Of a stretch of 64,000 nucleotides of DNA, positions 1 to 9,439 are shown piece after piece. Made by a program: the position numbers and the translations under genes. The stretch lies in the IMG/VR virus record IMGVR_UViG_2904584206_000001; one strand, 5' to 3'. This DNA comes from an uncultured virus (IMG/VR IMGVR_UViG_2904584206_000001). Lineage: Duplodnaviria; Heunggongvirae; Uroviricota; Caudoviricetes. The notes beneath the pieces were generated by a model. It saw only the letters and a program-made list of their open reading frames with translations, made no database searches and was not told where the DNA came from. Each line of letters starts with the position of its first letter. Positions within the stretch are counted from its first letter, which is position 1.

Positions 1-339
1 ATGGCCTCGCGCAGCTTGTCCACATCAGCGACGTTGCTCAAGTACGTTTTCCCCTATCGGGGCGGGCGGATCGTGGAGATGGGAAACAACGGCGGGAACC
101 AGGCGCGCGAGCGGGCGAAATTGCCGCAAGTGCGCGTGCATGACCTCCGGCACACGTATGGCACCCGCCCGCGCGCCGCCGGTGTCTCCGAGGAAGACCG
201 GGCGCTATTGCTGGGCCACGCCAGCAAGAGCATGCCCGAGCACTACGCGACTGGAACGGTCGAGAGCCTGGTCGACCAAGTCAATAAGGTCGAGCTCACG
301 CGGAAGAGGATGACGATCTTACGCGTGGTCAACGGCTGA
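1..339 (+). CDS. Tyrosine recombinase/phage integrase, C-terminal part (cut by window edge or a remnant)
   Basis: HDLRHTYG...LLGH...HYA catalytic HxxR / H / Y motifs. Confidence 0.85.
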   Translation: MASRSLSTSATLLKYVFPYRGGRIVEMGNNGGNQARERAKLPQVRVHDLRHTYGTRPRAAGVSEEDRALLLGHASKSMPEHYATGTVESLVDQVNKVELTRKRMTILRVVNG

Positions 340-392
340 ACAACGTCACGCAAAAAGTCACGCAGGCCGTTTTTGCAGAGACACGAAAAGCA

Positions 393-426
393 AAAGGCCT
401 CTAACGCGGTAACGTTAGAGGCCTTT
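393..426 (-). terminator. Intrinsic terminator-like hairpin downstream of the tRNA-Met 3' fragment
   Basis: Perfect 14-bp stem AAAGGCCTCTAACG-cggtaa-CGTTAGAGGCCTTT. Confidence 0.7.
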
Positions 427-454
427 ATCTGCAAGACTTTCGCCTTAGTGCATT

Positions 455-476
455 TGGTTGCGGGGGCGGGATTTGT
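455..476. repeat. attL core, 22-bp direct repeat; antisense of a tRNA-fMet-like 3' end
   Basis: TGGTTGCGGGGGCGGGATTTGT is identical to 34677-34698; its reverse complement ends CAAATCCCGCCCCCGCAACCA. Confidence 0.85.
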
Positions 477-801
477 TATTCAGAAACAGCGTGTGAAGCT
501 AGCATAGCGCCCTGCCCGCCCCCTGATTATGGAATAGCCTTGCTGTGGACTAAAAGTATATAAAAATCAGCCGATTGGAAATAGATCATGGGCTATTCGA
601 CGTGTCGCCTGGCAGCTGAAACTGCTTGATTTCCTTAGGGTGCGCTGTTCAGCAGCCGATTAAAAGCCACAGCCTACACCCTGCCTAAAATGGACACTGC
701 AATTTTCGCTTTATGCAAAATTCGGATTTTTTTTTGATCTGTCCTCGTTTATCTTCATGCATAGTGGTCTTTCAAACACCTAACATCCATCCAGATGACC
801 T

Positions 802-1758
802 ATGCTTAAAACTACCCTCGCGGCTCTTATTTTTGGTGCCTGTTTTACTGGCCACGCATTCGCTGCAAACTCCGACCCAGATGATGAGGCACTTAATAGC
901 TGCCTCAAGAGTCAACATCGCTCTACGCCTGAGGAGGAGTTTAGTTTGTTTTATCGACTTCAATCCCGTGCTCCGACGGTGATGAGTAACGTAAAACGAA
1001 TTTATTATGGCAAGAAGCTGGATCAATACGGAGACCTCCGCCTTCCTCCTGGGCAGGGACCATTTCCTGTAGCTATCGTTGTTCACGGCGGCAATTGGCT
1101 TGCGGTCGTCAATTCGGATTATATGGCTCCAGTTGCAGAGATTCTTACTAATTCAGGCTTCGCTACGTGGAATATTGAGTACAGCCGTATCGGTAGCGGA
1201 GGAGGATGGCCGGGATCATTTCAATCTATCGCAGCGGCAACAGACTTCGTCCGAGATTTGGCGAAGATATACCCACTTGACCTTAATAGGGTAATGTCTA
1301 TCGGGCACTCGTCCGGTGGACACTATGCGCTATGGATGGCATCTCGTAAAAATATTCGCGAGCTGTCTGAGGTCTTCGTGCCAAATCCTTTACAGCTTAA
1401 GGGGGCAATTGCACTCGACGGTTCGCCGGACATTGACGCTTTCGGGAAGCTTCCACGTGGCAAGGTAATCATCCCTCAGTTAATCGGCTCAACAGAACCT
1501 GCTGTGATTTCTGAACGAATGCGGGATATTTCTCCTACCCTACTTTTACCTACTGGTGGAAAGATATTTATCATCTCCCAAGATAGTGACAGAGCGCCAA
1601 TGCAGCGCGAATATGTGAGGAATGCAAACGCAAAAGGAGACCGTGCGGCGTATGACATTATCTGTCCAGCAAATCATTTCACTACGGCTGATACAGAGAA
1701 TCCTGTGGTTAGAGAAAAGATTATTCGATATTCACATGAAGTTATTGACGCTCGCTAA
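802..1758 (+). CDS. Exported alpha/beta-hydrolase (esterase/lipase)
   Basis: Signal peptide; HGG oxyanion motif; GHSSG nucleophile elbow; C-terminal His (ANHF). Confidence 0.8.
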   Translation: MLKTTLAALIFGACFTGHAFAANSDPDDEALNSCLKSQHRSTPEEEFSLFYRLQSRAPTVMSNVKRIYYGKKLDQYGDLRLPPGQGPFPVAIVVHGGNWLAVVNSDYMAPVAEILTNSGFATWNIEYSRIGSGGGWPGSFQSIAAATDFVRDLAKIYPLDLNRVMSIGHSSGGHYALWMASRKNIRELSEVFVPNPLQLKGAIALDGSPDIDAFGKLPRGKVIIPQLIGSTEPAVISERMRDISPTLLLPTGGKIFIISQDSDRAPMQREYVRNANAKGDRAAYDIICPANHFTTADTENPVVREKIIRYSHEVIDAR

Positions 1759-1771
1759 TACAACGAAAGCG

Positions 1772-1820
1772 AAATGCAAAATGCAAAATGCAAAATGCCC
1801 GCTGGTCGCGGGCATTTTGC
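1772..1820. terminator. Hairpin terminator preceded by a 7-bp AAATGCA tandem repeat (about 4 copies)
   Basis: GCAAAATGCCCGC-tggtc-GCGGGCATTTTGC just after the esterase stop. Confidence 0.6.
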
Positions 1821-1832
1821 TAACTGGAGCAC

Positions 1833-1957
1833 CTGATTACAAGTCCGGCGCGAATTTCAATTTTATCAAATACTTAGCTCATTTTTTGCTTCGCAATTAC
1901 GAATTTTAGCGCCTCGGAAACCCTTACAGGGCCTCGGTCGTTCGGAAATTGCGAAGC
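1833..1957. other. Relic att arm: tRNA-Thr(TGT) anticodon-arm fragment (antisense), IHF-like site, 11-bp inverted repeat
   Basis: CTGATTACAAGTC at 1833-1845; TATCAAATACTTA fits WATCAAN4TTR (1864-1876); GCTTCGCAATT (1888-1898) / AATTGCGAAGC (1947-1957). Confidence 0.45.
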
Positions 1958-2010
1958 GGATTTTATACCGCCAAATGCGAATAGCGTAGTGGCTGTGATA
2001 AATTTGAACC

Positions 2011-3288
2011 ATGAATAAAAATGAAAAGAAATCCATGGCCACCAGGCATATTTCTGCTCAATCGGATTGGGACTTCATCTTTCAAGAGGTGACAGACGCG
2101 TTCTCTCCAGGGGCACCTGTCCAAGAAAAAGACCTCTTCGCCGGGCGAGCTGCACAAATTCTGTCACTTCACGATGCCGTGTTGCAGCGCGGGCGTCACG
2201 CAATAGTCTATGGCGAGCGGGGTGTAGGGAAAACGTCGCTTGCAAATATCTTGCGGCTAGTTATGCATCGACCGAACAAGGAAGTGATTTATGTTCGGGT
2301 AAACGCTGATCCAAATGATACTTTTACCTCTCTCTGGACCAAGGTGTTCAAACGGATTTCCTTTGCAGTCGAGGTGGAGGGTGTTCTACAGAACCGGACA
2401 TTTGCTGACGACATCACTGGCCCTCTTTCCCCTGATGATGTTCAACTGCTCCTCTCCAATTTCTCTCCTAATCAAACTCCCATAATCGTTTTGGATGAGT
2501 TTGACCGGATTTTAGATAAGTCAGTGACCACCCAGGTTGCTGACACCATAAAATCATTGTCCGATTACTCGACGAACGCCACGGTAATTATTGTCGGTGT
2601 AGCCGAGGATGTTTCCAGTCTTATCCTCGGCCACAACTCCATTACGCGTTCGCTCATCCAAGTTCAGATGCCCCGGATGTCTACAGATGAGTTGAGCGAA
2701 ATTATTCTTACTCGGTTTAAGCGATGCGGAGTTAAAACGGACGAAGATGCAGTATGGAAAATGGTCTTTCTATCTCGTGGACTCCCTTACTATACGCACC
2801 TTCTGGCGATGCACTCGGCGCGCTACTGTATCGAGAAGAAGTCCCTTTTCGTAGGCCATGACGATGTGGATCAGGCTATCGGTAGGTCGCTCTCGGAGCT
2901 AGATCAGTCAATCAAGGAGCGCTACCATACTGCAGTTAAAAGCCAGCGGGGAGAGACCTTATATGCGTCTGTCCTTCTCGCGTGCGCGTTGACCCCGCCA
3001 GACGAGCTAGGCCAATTTCAGCAGTCCGCAGTTGCAAGCTCCTTGAATCGTCTCATCCCTGGAAAAAATTATTTGCCGTCCACATATGCACTTCATATGA
3101 ATAGCTTTTGTGAAGAGGAACGAGGTTGCGTCTTGCAACGTTTTGGTTCGTCTCGGAACTTTCGCTATCGGTTTGCTGACCCAATGATGCAGCCCTTCGT
3201 AATCCTCAAGGGGCTTGACGAAGGCAGGTTAAATGATGCTGTGGCGCAAGTTTTTGCAAATCGGAGACAGTTGAACTTGGGAATTTGA
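2011..3288 (+). CDS. AAA+/STAND-like (Orc1/Cdc6-like) P-loop ATPase with probable C-terminal winged helix
   Basis: FAGR; Walker A GERGVGKTS; Walker B IIVLDEFD; GLPYY (GxP); YRFADP. Confidence 0.8.
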   Translation: MNKNEKKSMATRHISAQSDWDFIFQEVTDAFSPGAPVQEKDLFAGRAAQILSLHDAVLQRGRHAIVYGERGVGKTSLANILRLVMHRPNKEVIYVRVNADPNDTFTSLWTKVFKRISFAVEVEGVLQNRTFADDITGPLSPDDVQLLLSNFSPNQTPIIVLDEFDRILDKSVTTQVADTIKSLSDYSTNATVIIVGVAEDVSSLILGHNSITRSLIQVQMPRMSTDELSEIILTRFKRCGVKTDEDAVWKMVFLSRGLPYYTHLLAMHSARYCIEKKSLFVGHDDVDQAIGRSLSELDQSIKERYHTAVKSQRGETLYASVLLACALTPPDELGQFQQSAVASSLNRLIPGKNYLPSTYALHMNSFCEEERGCVLQRFGSSRNFRYRFADPMMQPFVILKGLDEGRLNDAVAQVFANRRQLNLGI

Positions 3289-3385
3289 TCTACGGGACTG
3301 TTCGATTGTGTACATTCTGTGCTGCGCTGCAGTTTTTGTTATTATTCGTTGTTATGTCTGCTGTTTTTGGTCTTTGGAGAAAATC

Positions 3386-3715
3386 ATGAAATCGGTAATT
3401 GCAAAGGTTGTGGACGACCATGATGTGTCTCGTAAGGAACTGAAGGCTTCTGACGTCAAGCCCGCACGAATCAAGGTGGGTGCAGCCACAGTTGTTCGCT
3501 CCCAGCACATGGGAAAATATGGCGCAGTTTTAAAGGTTGAAGTGGCAGCTGCGGACCGCCGCAAGCTTATTCGAGAGACCGCGAAGCAAATCCGCGCCAT
3601 TGTTGAAACTCCAATCACTTCGCAGCAACGTCAACGGGCAACAGAGTTGGCGCGCAAAGCACGTGCAGCGAAAGAGTCGTCAGCGACTGCTCGCTTCAGG
3701 AAAGAAGCCGCTTGA
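3386..3715 (+). CDS. Small basic protein, putative antitoxin of the downstream GNAT
   Basis: GGAG RBS before ATG 3386; stop overlaps the GNAT start. Confidence 0.55.
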   Translation: MKSVIAKVVDDHDVSRKELKASDVKPARIKVGAATVVRSQHMGKYGAVLKVEVAAADRRKLIRETAKQIRAIVETPITSQQRQRATELARKARAAKESSATARFRKEAA

Positions 3716-4284
3716 ACCTGTCGGAAGATGGCTTCACGGGCCTTATTGCAATAAGTGAAGTTGAGCCGACTGAGTTGCATCGTATTGACTCCTTCACCTC
3801 CGGCAGAGATGAACTTGATGAATTTCTTACGCAGCAAGCAGCAGCGTTGCATAGCGATCATTTAAGTCATACCAGTTGCCTTTTTCACACTGACTTCCCT
3901 AGTTTGGTCGGTTTTATAACGCTTTCTAACGACGCGATTCCGCTTAATCAAACGGAGGTCGGGGAGTTGGGGTTAGCGTACCCGGTCTCGCTAAGCTTCT
4001 ACCCTGCCATTAAAATCGGCCGGTTGGCGGTCCATTCTGACTTAAAACGCCAAGGCGTTGGCCGCCGCATTCTTGATTTGGCAGTCGGTGAAATTACCGG
4101 CCAGGCGACCATCACCGCTTCACGCCTGCTTATAACCGATGCCGTCAACGACAAAGAAATTCTTTCTTTCTATGCATCAATGGGCTTTGAAGAGTCGCTG
4201 TGGGCAACGGCGCAAAATCGAAATCACGGACGCGGAAAAGAGCGAGCGACCATCAAAATGATTCGTGACATTTATCATTACTAG
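3712..4284 (+). CDS. GNAT acetyltransferase, AtaT/TacT-like toxin
   Basis: FTSGRDELDEFL, PAIKIGRLAV, acetyl-CoA motif RQGVG, DAVN, FYASMGF. Confidence 0.8.
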   Translation: MNLSEDGFTGLIAISEVEPTELHRIDSFTSGRDELDEFLTQQAAALHSDHLSHTSCLFHTDFPSLVGFITLSNDAIPLNQTEVGELGLAYPVSLSFYPAIKIGRLAVHSDLKRQGVGRRILDLAVGEITGQATITASRLLITDAVNDKEILSFYASMGFEESLWATAQNRNHGRGKERATIKMIRDIYHY

Positions 4285-4306
4285 TGATTTTTAGACGTCG
4301 CGAAAG

Positions 4307-4334
4307 AAAAGGAGCCATTGGCTCCTTTTTTTTT
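4307..4334 (+). terminator. Intrinsic terminator, possibly bidirectional
   Basis: AAAAGGAGCC-att-GGCTCC followed by T9. Confidence 0.8.
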
Positions 4335-4446
4335 GCGCTTCATGCGTCAAAATGCGTCAAATCTCATCCCCGCCAGTAGCACGGTCAGGCCAGGCGGGAC
4401 GGACTTCGGCGCTTGACGCAAATCTGAGTCAAAACCGACCTATGTA

Positions 4447-4482
4447 GCGGGCAGGCGCGGGGTGGGGGCAACCGCGCGCGCA
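4447..4482. other. Putative P2-type cos region
   Basis: GGCGCGGGGTGGGGGCAAC resembles P2/186 cos (GGCG(A/T)GGCGGGGAAAGCA) and lies on the distal side of the portal gene. Confidence 0.4.
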
Positions 4483-4501
4483 GGGCCGGGAAAGTGATTT
4501 G

Positions 4502-4521
4502 TACTGTACGTATATACAGTA
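4502..4521. promoter_or_regulatory. LexA (SOS) box
   Basis: TACTGTACGTATATACAGTA (CTG-N10-CAG), upstream of a umuD-like sequence. Confidence 0.85.
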
Positions 4522-4553
4522 TTATCAAAGAATCACCATCCCTAGTTGTCAAT

Positions 4554-5190
4554 ATGTCACGCCTCACCTACCCCGCGCCGATCCCGCCAGGGAGTCCCGT
4601 CAGGCCCGTGCCGGCCATCCAGTTCGCCGGCGGACCGCTGGCCCTGCACATCACGCACAAGCTGCACGCCGGCTTACCCAGCCCCGCTGCCGACTACACC
4701 GCCGATCCGCTGGACCTGAATCAATACCTGGTGGATCGCGTCGCCTGCACCTTCCTCTTCGATGTGGTCGGCTGGTGCATGAGCGGCGCACATCGTCAAG
4801 GGCGACAAGGTGGTGGTGGACGAACCGCAATACAACAACGGCCGCACCGTGCCCCTGCCCGAGCCGACCGATGATCTGCGGGTGATCGTCAAGGCGGCGA
4901 TGTGGGGTCTGCGCCGGATCTACCGGCCCGAGTTCCTCTACAAGAAGGCCGGCATCATGCTGATGGATCTGGCCGAATGCCAGGCGCGTCAGGCCACGCT
5001 CTTTGGCAGCGGCGTGTCGGCGATGTCATCGGCACCGTTGATGGCGGCCTTCGACAGCATCAACAAGCGTTTCGGACGCGACACCGTGCGCCTGGCCAGC
5101 GCCGCCGGTCCGCACCGCTGGGCGGCGCGCTTCGAGCACGTGACGCCCCATTACACAACCGATTGGGCGGCGCTGCCGCGCGTGAGGTAA
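4554..5190 (+). pseudogene. umuDC: umuD-umuC deletion-fusion pseudogene
   Basis: UmuD-like AGLPSPAADY..LDLNQYLV..TFLF; frameshift near 4790; GDKVVVD joined to the UmuC C-terminus (YKKAGIML...DSINKRFG...TPHYTTDW). Confidence 0.8.
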
Positions 5191-5192
5191 GC

Positions 5193-5555
5193 ATGCAAGT
5201 GATCGTTTATCAGATGCGCCGCAACGGCGTGGAGATTGCCCGGGAGCTGCTGGGTGATGAAGCGCGCAACATCGGGGAGCTGCGCGTGGGCGTCTTCGAG
5301 GATGGAGACCGGCGCCGGCCGATCAAGGGTGCCAGGCTGCAGCGCGACAGCGGGGAGGTCATCATGGAGCTGATGGATGTCCAAGTGGATGCCATCAAGG
5401 CATCGCGCATGGTCATCAAGGGGATCGAACGACGGCAGACCGAACGCGGCGTTGTGGAATTTGCTCAGGCCTGGCTGTGCGTGGTAGCGGGGACACCCTT
5501 ATTGGAGACTTCCCGAGAGAGGTTCTTCAAATCAACCGGCGGCACTCAGCATTGA
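5193..5555 (+). CDS. Hypothetical protein, probably co-transcribed from the SOS promoter
   Basis: ATG 2 nt after the umuC-remnant stop; high-GC codon pattern. Confidence 0.6.
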   Translation: MQVIVYQMRRNGVEIARELLGDEARNIGELRVGVFEDGDRRRPIKGARLQRDSGEVIMELMDVQVDAIKASRMVIKGIERRQTERGVVEFAQAWLCVVAGTPLLETSRERFFKSTGGTQH

Positions 5556-5698
5556 CGCCTTCGTGGCTCAGCTTGTTGTTAGCGCTCGTTTGTCTAAACT
5601 CTATCTTCGACGCACAGAAATTTGGAAGAGCAATTCCCTGCACCTTCTACTAAAACACCCCGGGGATGATATACGGGCGGCTTCCAGAATTTTTCATC

Positions 5699-5929
5699 AT
5701 GCAATCGCTCAACTATAGCTTCGACTATCAAGGATTCGAAATCCTCATCATCGGATACGAAATTGGGGGTGGATGGCGTATGGCGATTGAACTCCGCAAA
5801 GGAAGTGACATTGAGATCATCAGGGATACCGCGACCGTTTATCCGGACTTCGACAGCCTGTGCAGCATGGCTATCTGGACCGCGCATGCAAAGATAGCGA
5901 GCAAAGTAAGAGATGAAGCGCACCAGTAG
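5699..5929 (+). CDS. Small hypothetical protein
   Basis: ORF followed by hairpin 5990-6018. Confidence 0.4.
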   Translation: MQSLNYSFDYQGFEILIIGYEIGGGWRMAIELRKGSDIEIIRDTATVYPDFDSLCSMAIWTAHAKIASKVRDEAHQ

Positions 5930-6244
5930 TTGGAGCGCTGCATATCTGCACGGTCATGGCGCAAGCTGCTCGAATACTTTACTAGAAAAAAGCCCGCTAC
6001 CGGTTGGAAGGCGGGCTTAAACCAAACCACCACACTGATTTGGAGGAGGAGATTTCAATCTATTTCATTGCACCAGCTAAATCAAGGACTTGAAAAACAT
6101 TTAGAAATGCGAAATAGGCAGCAATATGCTACATTCTGATGCCCCCTACTCGGGGGCTTCCCCAATGCAACGCAGGATGCCCCTACACTTGCATCTTCGC
6201 CTCGTAGCATTTGCTGCGAGGCCTTTTTATTTCTACCGATTGAC

Positions 6245-6463
6245 TCACCTGCTGCTCAGGCCGGCTCGCTGCAAGGCAGTTTTCTCGCGCTGATAGTCAT
6301 CACGGCAGTCGATATTACAGAACAGCAAATTCGGCGACACCACCTCATCACAGAAATGGCAGCGGCAGTCTGGCTGAAGAGCTGGCGCTCGTCGGGCGAC
6401 TGCCAGGCCAGCCGCGATAGTACGATAGATGCGGCTGTCCGCGTTGTCGGCGTGATCGCTCAT
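6245..6463 (-). CDS. Small Zn-ribbon protein
   Basis: CHFC...FCNIDC; starts 2 nt after the portal stop. Confidence 0.65.
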   Translation of the reverse strand: MSDHADNADSRIYRTIAAGLAVARRAPALQPDCRCHFCDEVVSPNLLFCNIDCRDDYQREKTALQRAGLSSR

Positions 6464-6465
6464 GG

Positions 6466-7515
6466 TTATTTGCCCTCATTGGTAGGAAGTTGATAGGGAC
6501 GGAAGCGGACCACGTCCTGGCCCGCCCACTCGTTCAAGGAAAGGAACTGCGCCTGCAGCGGCTCAATTTCGTTGCAGCCAAAGACGGCGGCGGCCTTCGT
6601 CACATCGCCGAATCCGCCGGTGTTGTTGGGCATGGTCCCGAGTAATTGCGGCGGTACGCGGTGCGCGGCCAGCACGTCGTCGCGCGTGCAGTTCTTGATG
6701 TTGAAGAATTCGTCCTTGGCGGCGATCTCGGAAACCGGCAGGATCTGCAGGCCATCCTTCTTGCCGCCTGGCGCATAGACAAACAGGTTGCGGAAGTTGC
6801 CAGGACCTTTGCTGTTGCGCATCGCCTCGCGCAGCTTGTCCACGTCATTGACGTTGCTGGCCGTGTCGGTCATATAGAGGATGAAGCCGGCATGCGAGCC
6901 GTTGAGGTAGTAGCGCCGGCGGAAGAGCGTGGCGGATTCGTTGAGCCAGGCCGATTGCAGCGCGCTCACGTATTGAGGCACGCCATATACTTCCTGATTG
7001 ATGTCAGGGGCCTGCAGGTGCCAGATACCGTCCCGCTCAAATTCGTAGGTGTCTCGCCAGCCGTTGACGAAGAAGTAGCGCCCTGGCTCCACGCCCACAC
7101 GCGTATATTTGGCCAATGCCGGCTTGAGGTTCAAGAGCTTGCCCGTCATGCTCTCGCGCCGCTCGGCGTAGCAGTTGCCGAACAACAGGAAGTCCAGCGC
7201 CAGACGCGTGAAGTCGCCACGCGACAAGACGGCGGACGGCTGGAAGGTCGACGCCAGGATATTGACCTTGCACCAGATCGCGCTGGCATGGTGGACGCTG
7301 GCATTCAATGACTTGGCTAGGCCGACCATGCTCAAGGGCGGCTCGTACCAATCGCCATTGCGGTAGCACTCGACGTCGGCCAGCATGTCCCGGCCTTCCA
7401 GCACGGGTGACGGGTCGCCGAAAGAAAACGCCTCAACGGCCGGCGACGGCGCCTCGACCTTGGCCGGCAGGGTATTGTCGGATGCAGCCGCGCGGCGGCG
7501 TGCTCTGTGTTTCAT
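6466..7515 (-). CDS. Q: Portal protein (P2 gpQ)
   Basis: WYEPP, INQEVYGVP, YYLNGSHAGFI, AAHRVPPQL. Confidence 0.95.
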   Translation of the reverse strand: MKHRARRRAAASDNTLPAKVEAPSPAVEAFSFGDPSPVLEGRDMLADVECYRNGDWYEPPLSMVGLAKSLNASVHHASAIWCKVNILASTFQPSAVLSRGDFTRLALDFLLFGNCYAERRESMTGKLLNLKPALAKYTRVGVEPGRYFFVNGWRDTYEFERDGIWHLQAPDINQEVYGVPQYVSALQSAWLNESATLFRRRYYLNGSHAGFILYMTDTASNVNDVDKLREAMRNSKGPGNFRNLFVYAPGGKKDGLQILPVSEIAAKDEFFNIKNCTRDDVLAAHRVPPQLLGTMPNNTGGFGDVTKAAAVFGCNEIEPLQAQFLSLNEWAGQDVVRFRPYQLPTNEGK

Positions 7516-9296
7516 CAGAAGAACTCCATGGAAGAGGTGTTGTTAGCGGTGGTGCCTTCGAAGGGCTCGTAGTCGAGGGCGTGCATGACCGACCAGGCCA
7601 AGTCAGCGTGGCCGGTTTCTTCCGAGCGGCCAGCGTCATAGGTGATGGCGCGGCCGCTGGGCGTGAGTATCTTGCGGATGGCCATGAAGGACTGCGCGAT
7701 GTCAGTCCAGCCTGCATCGAACTGCAGGCGGCCACTGCGGATGATGTTTTGTGCCTTGAGCACCATCCGCGTTTTGACCTCCGGCGAATAGCTGATGGCG
7801 GTGGCACCTGGGAAGAACTGTTTCACCAGGGGATAGACGCCCACGCCCATGCCCGTGGTGTCGATACCGATGTACTGCACGTTGTAGCGGCCGCACATTT
7901 CCTTGATGAGCGCGGCCTGTTCCGCAAAATCTTTGCCGCGCCATTGGTGCCGCTCAAGGATGCGGAAATTGCCGCCAGGGACCAGTGGCGGGGCAATCAC
8001 CGAACAGCCGGCGCTGTCGCCCGTCAGCGAAGGGTCATAGCCGATCCACACAGGGCGGTGGCCGAAGGGGCGTGCCGTGAAGGGCTTGTAGTCGTCCCAA
8101 TCTACCCACGAATCGACCATGCCGCGCTGCAGATCAGCCAGGGGGAACACCGACGCGGAATCGTCGATGAAGTTACACATCAACAGGTTGTCGAACTGGT
8201 CCGGCGAGTATTCGAAGTCGCGCAGTTCGTCGATGTCGAACAGGTCGCAGCCACCGGCCGCCGCGTCCATGATCGTGACGATCTGACGCCAGATTTTGTC
8301 CTCGCCGGTGAAGCCAGATGACAGCCGCTTGTGACTCACATCGATGTTGACCTTCTCTCCCTTGGCGCGGCGCTTGTTGAACGCCTCGCCGGTCCAGAAG
8401 GGATAGGCTTGGTGCGTGGTGGCCGAAGGTGTGGAGAAGTAGGTTTTACGCCACTTTTTATGCAGGGCCATGCCGGACGCCACCTTGTTCAGCTCGGTGA
8501 AATTGTGCGTCCAGAAGAATTCATCGAAATAGAAATTGCCGTGGTAGCCCTGGGCGGTGCGTGCATTCGTTCCGAGGAAATACAGGTGCGCGCCATTGGG
8601 CAGCACGATAGGATCGCCGGACAGCTCAACACCGCATGCGTCCTTCGCAAACTGGATGATGTATTGCTTGAAGACGTGCGCTTGCGATTTCGAGGCCGAC
8701 AGAAAAATCTGATTGCGCCCGGTCTGGATCGCATCAATCAAGGCTTCGCGGGCGAAGTACCAGGTCGCGCCGATCTGGCGCGATTTCAGGATGATGCGAG
8801 TGCGCTCGCTGCCGTTTCGGTACCAGACCTTTTGATAATCGAAGAGCGAATCATTGAAGGCCTCGACGATACGCTGCTGCGCCTCTTCGCTGAACTCGTT
8901 GCGCACCGGTTTCTTCTTCGGTCCGGCATTGCGATTGGCGAGCTTGGGATTGAGGTCGGTTTCGTTTCCGCCCGGCTGCTCATAGCGGCGCACGCGTGCG
9001 GCCTGCACAAGTTGGCGCATGAGGGCGTCGAGTTCCTTGTACTCGCCATTGCCCTTTACTTCCTTGGCGATCAGTTGCACTATGCGCGCTTCAAGGGCAA
9101 TCTCTACGCGCTCAAGGCGCGAGACCTTTTCCCATTCATCCCGGTGCTTCCAGCTATTGACGGTGGAACGCTTAATCTTCAGGTGGCGCGCAATCGACGA
9201 GATGCGCCAGCCCTCGAAATAGAGCCGGCGCGCAACGTGCCGAGGCTCGGCCGCCTGGTCGATGTTGTCCTTGATGTCTTCTGGAATTTCTAACAT
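7515..9296 (-). CDS. P: Terminase ATPase subunit (P2 gpP)
   Basis: LKSRQIGATWYFA, YFDEFFW, GYDP, GHADLAW. Confidence 0.95.
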   Translation of the reverse strand: MLEIPEDIKDNIDQAAEPRHVARRLYFEGWRISSIARHLKIKRSTVNSWKHRDEWEKVSRLERVEIALEARIVQLIAKEVKGNGEYKELDALMRQLVQAARVRRYEQPGGNETDLNPKLANRNAGPKKKPVRNEFSEEAQQRIVEAFNDSLFDYQKVWYRNGSERTRIILKSRQIGATWYFAREALIDAIQTGRNQIFLSASKSQAHVFKQYIIQFAKDACGVELSGDPIVLPNGAHLYFLGTNARTAQGYHGNFYFDEFFWTHNFTELNKVASGMALHKKWRKTYFSTPSATTHQAYPFWTGEAFNKRRAKGEKVNIDVSHKRLSSGFTGEDKIWRQIVTIMDAAAGGCDLFDIDELRDFEYSPDQFDNLLMCNFIDDSASVFPLADLQRGMVDSWVDWDDYKPFTARPFGHRPVWIGYDPSLTGDSAGCSVIAPPLVPGGNFRILERHQWRGKDFAEQAALIKEMCGRYNVQYIGIDTTGMGVGVYPLVKQFFPGATAISYSPEVKTRMVLKAQNIIRSGRLQFDAGWTDIAQSFMAIRKILTPSGRAITYDAGRSEETGHADLAWSVMHALDYEPFEGTTANNTSSMEFF

Positions 9297-9439
9297 GCCG
9301 CAAGCGTAGGCGGCGCGCGCGCGTAGCGGGGACTTTGCCGAGTCGCTATCCCTGATAACAACCCTCACTTGATTGATGCATTTCGCCCATCGGCAGAAGA
9401 TGACGTTATCCGATCAACCGATAACGAGCGCGAAAACTC

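Noticed and set aside
455..530. Intact tRNA-Met on the minus strand (also at 34677)
   Set aside because: Only about 21 nt of the 3' end match; the T-loop continuation (AACC) and the rest of the cloverleaf are absent
540..700. GCTGTGG/CCACAGC and CAGCCGATT repeats as a regulatory or ncRNA element
   Set aside because: Short matches, possibly att-arm debris; no function can be supported
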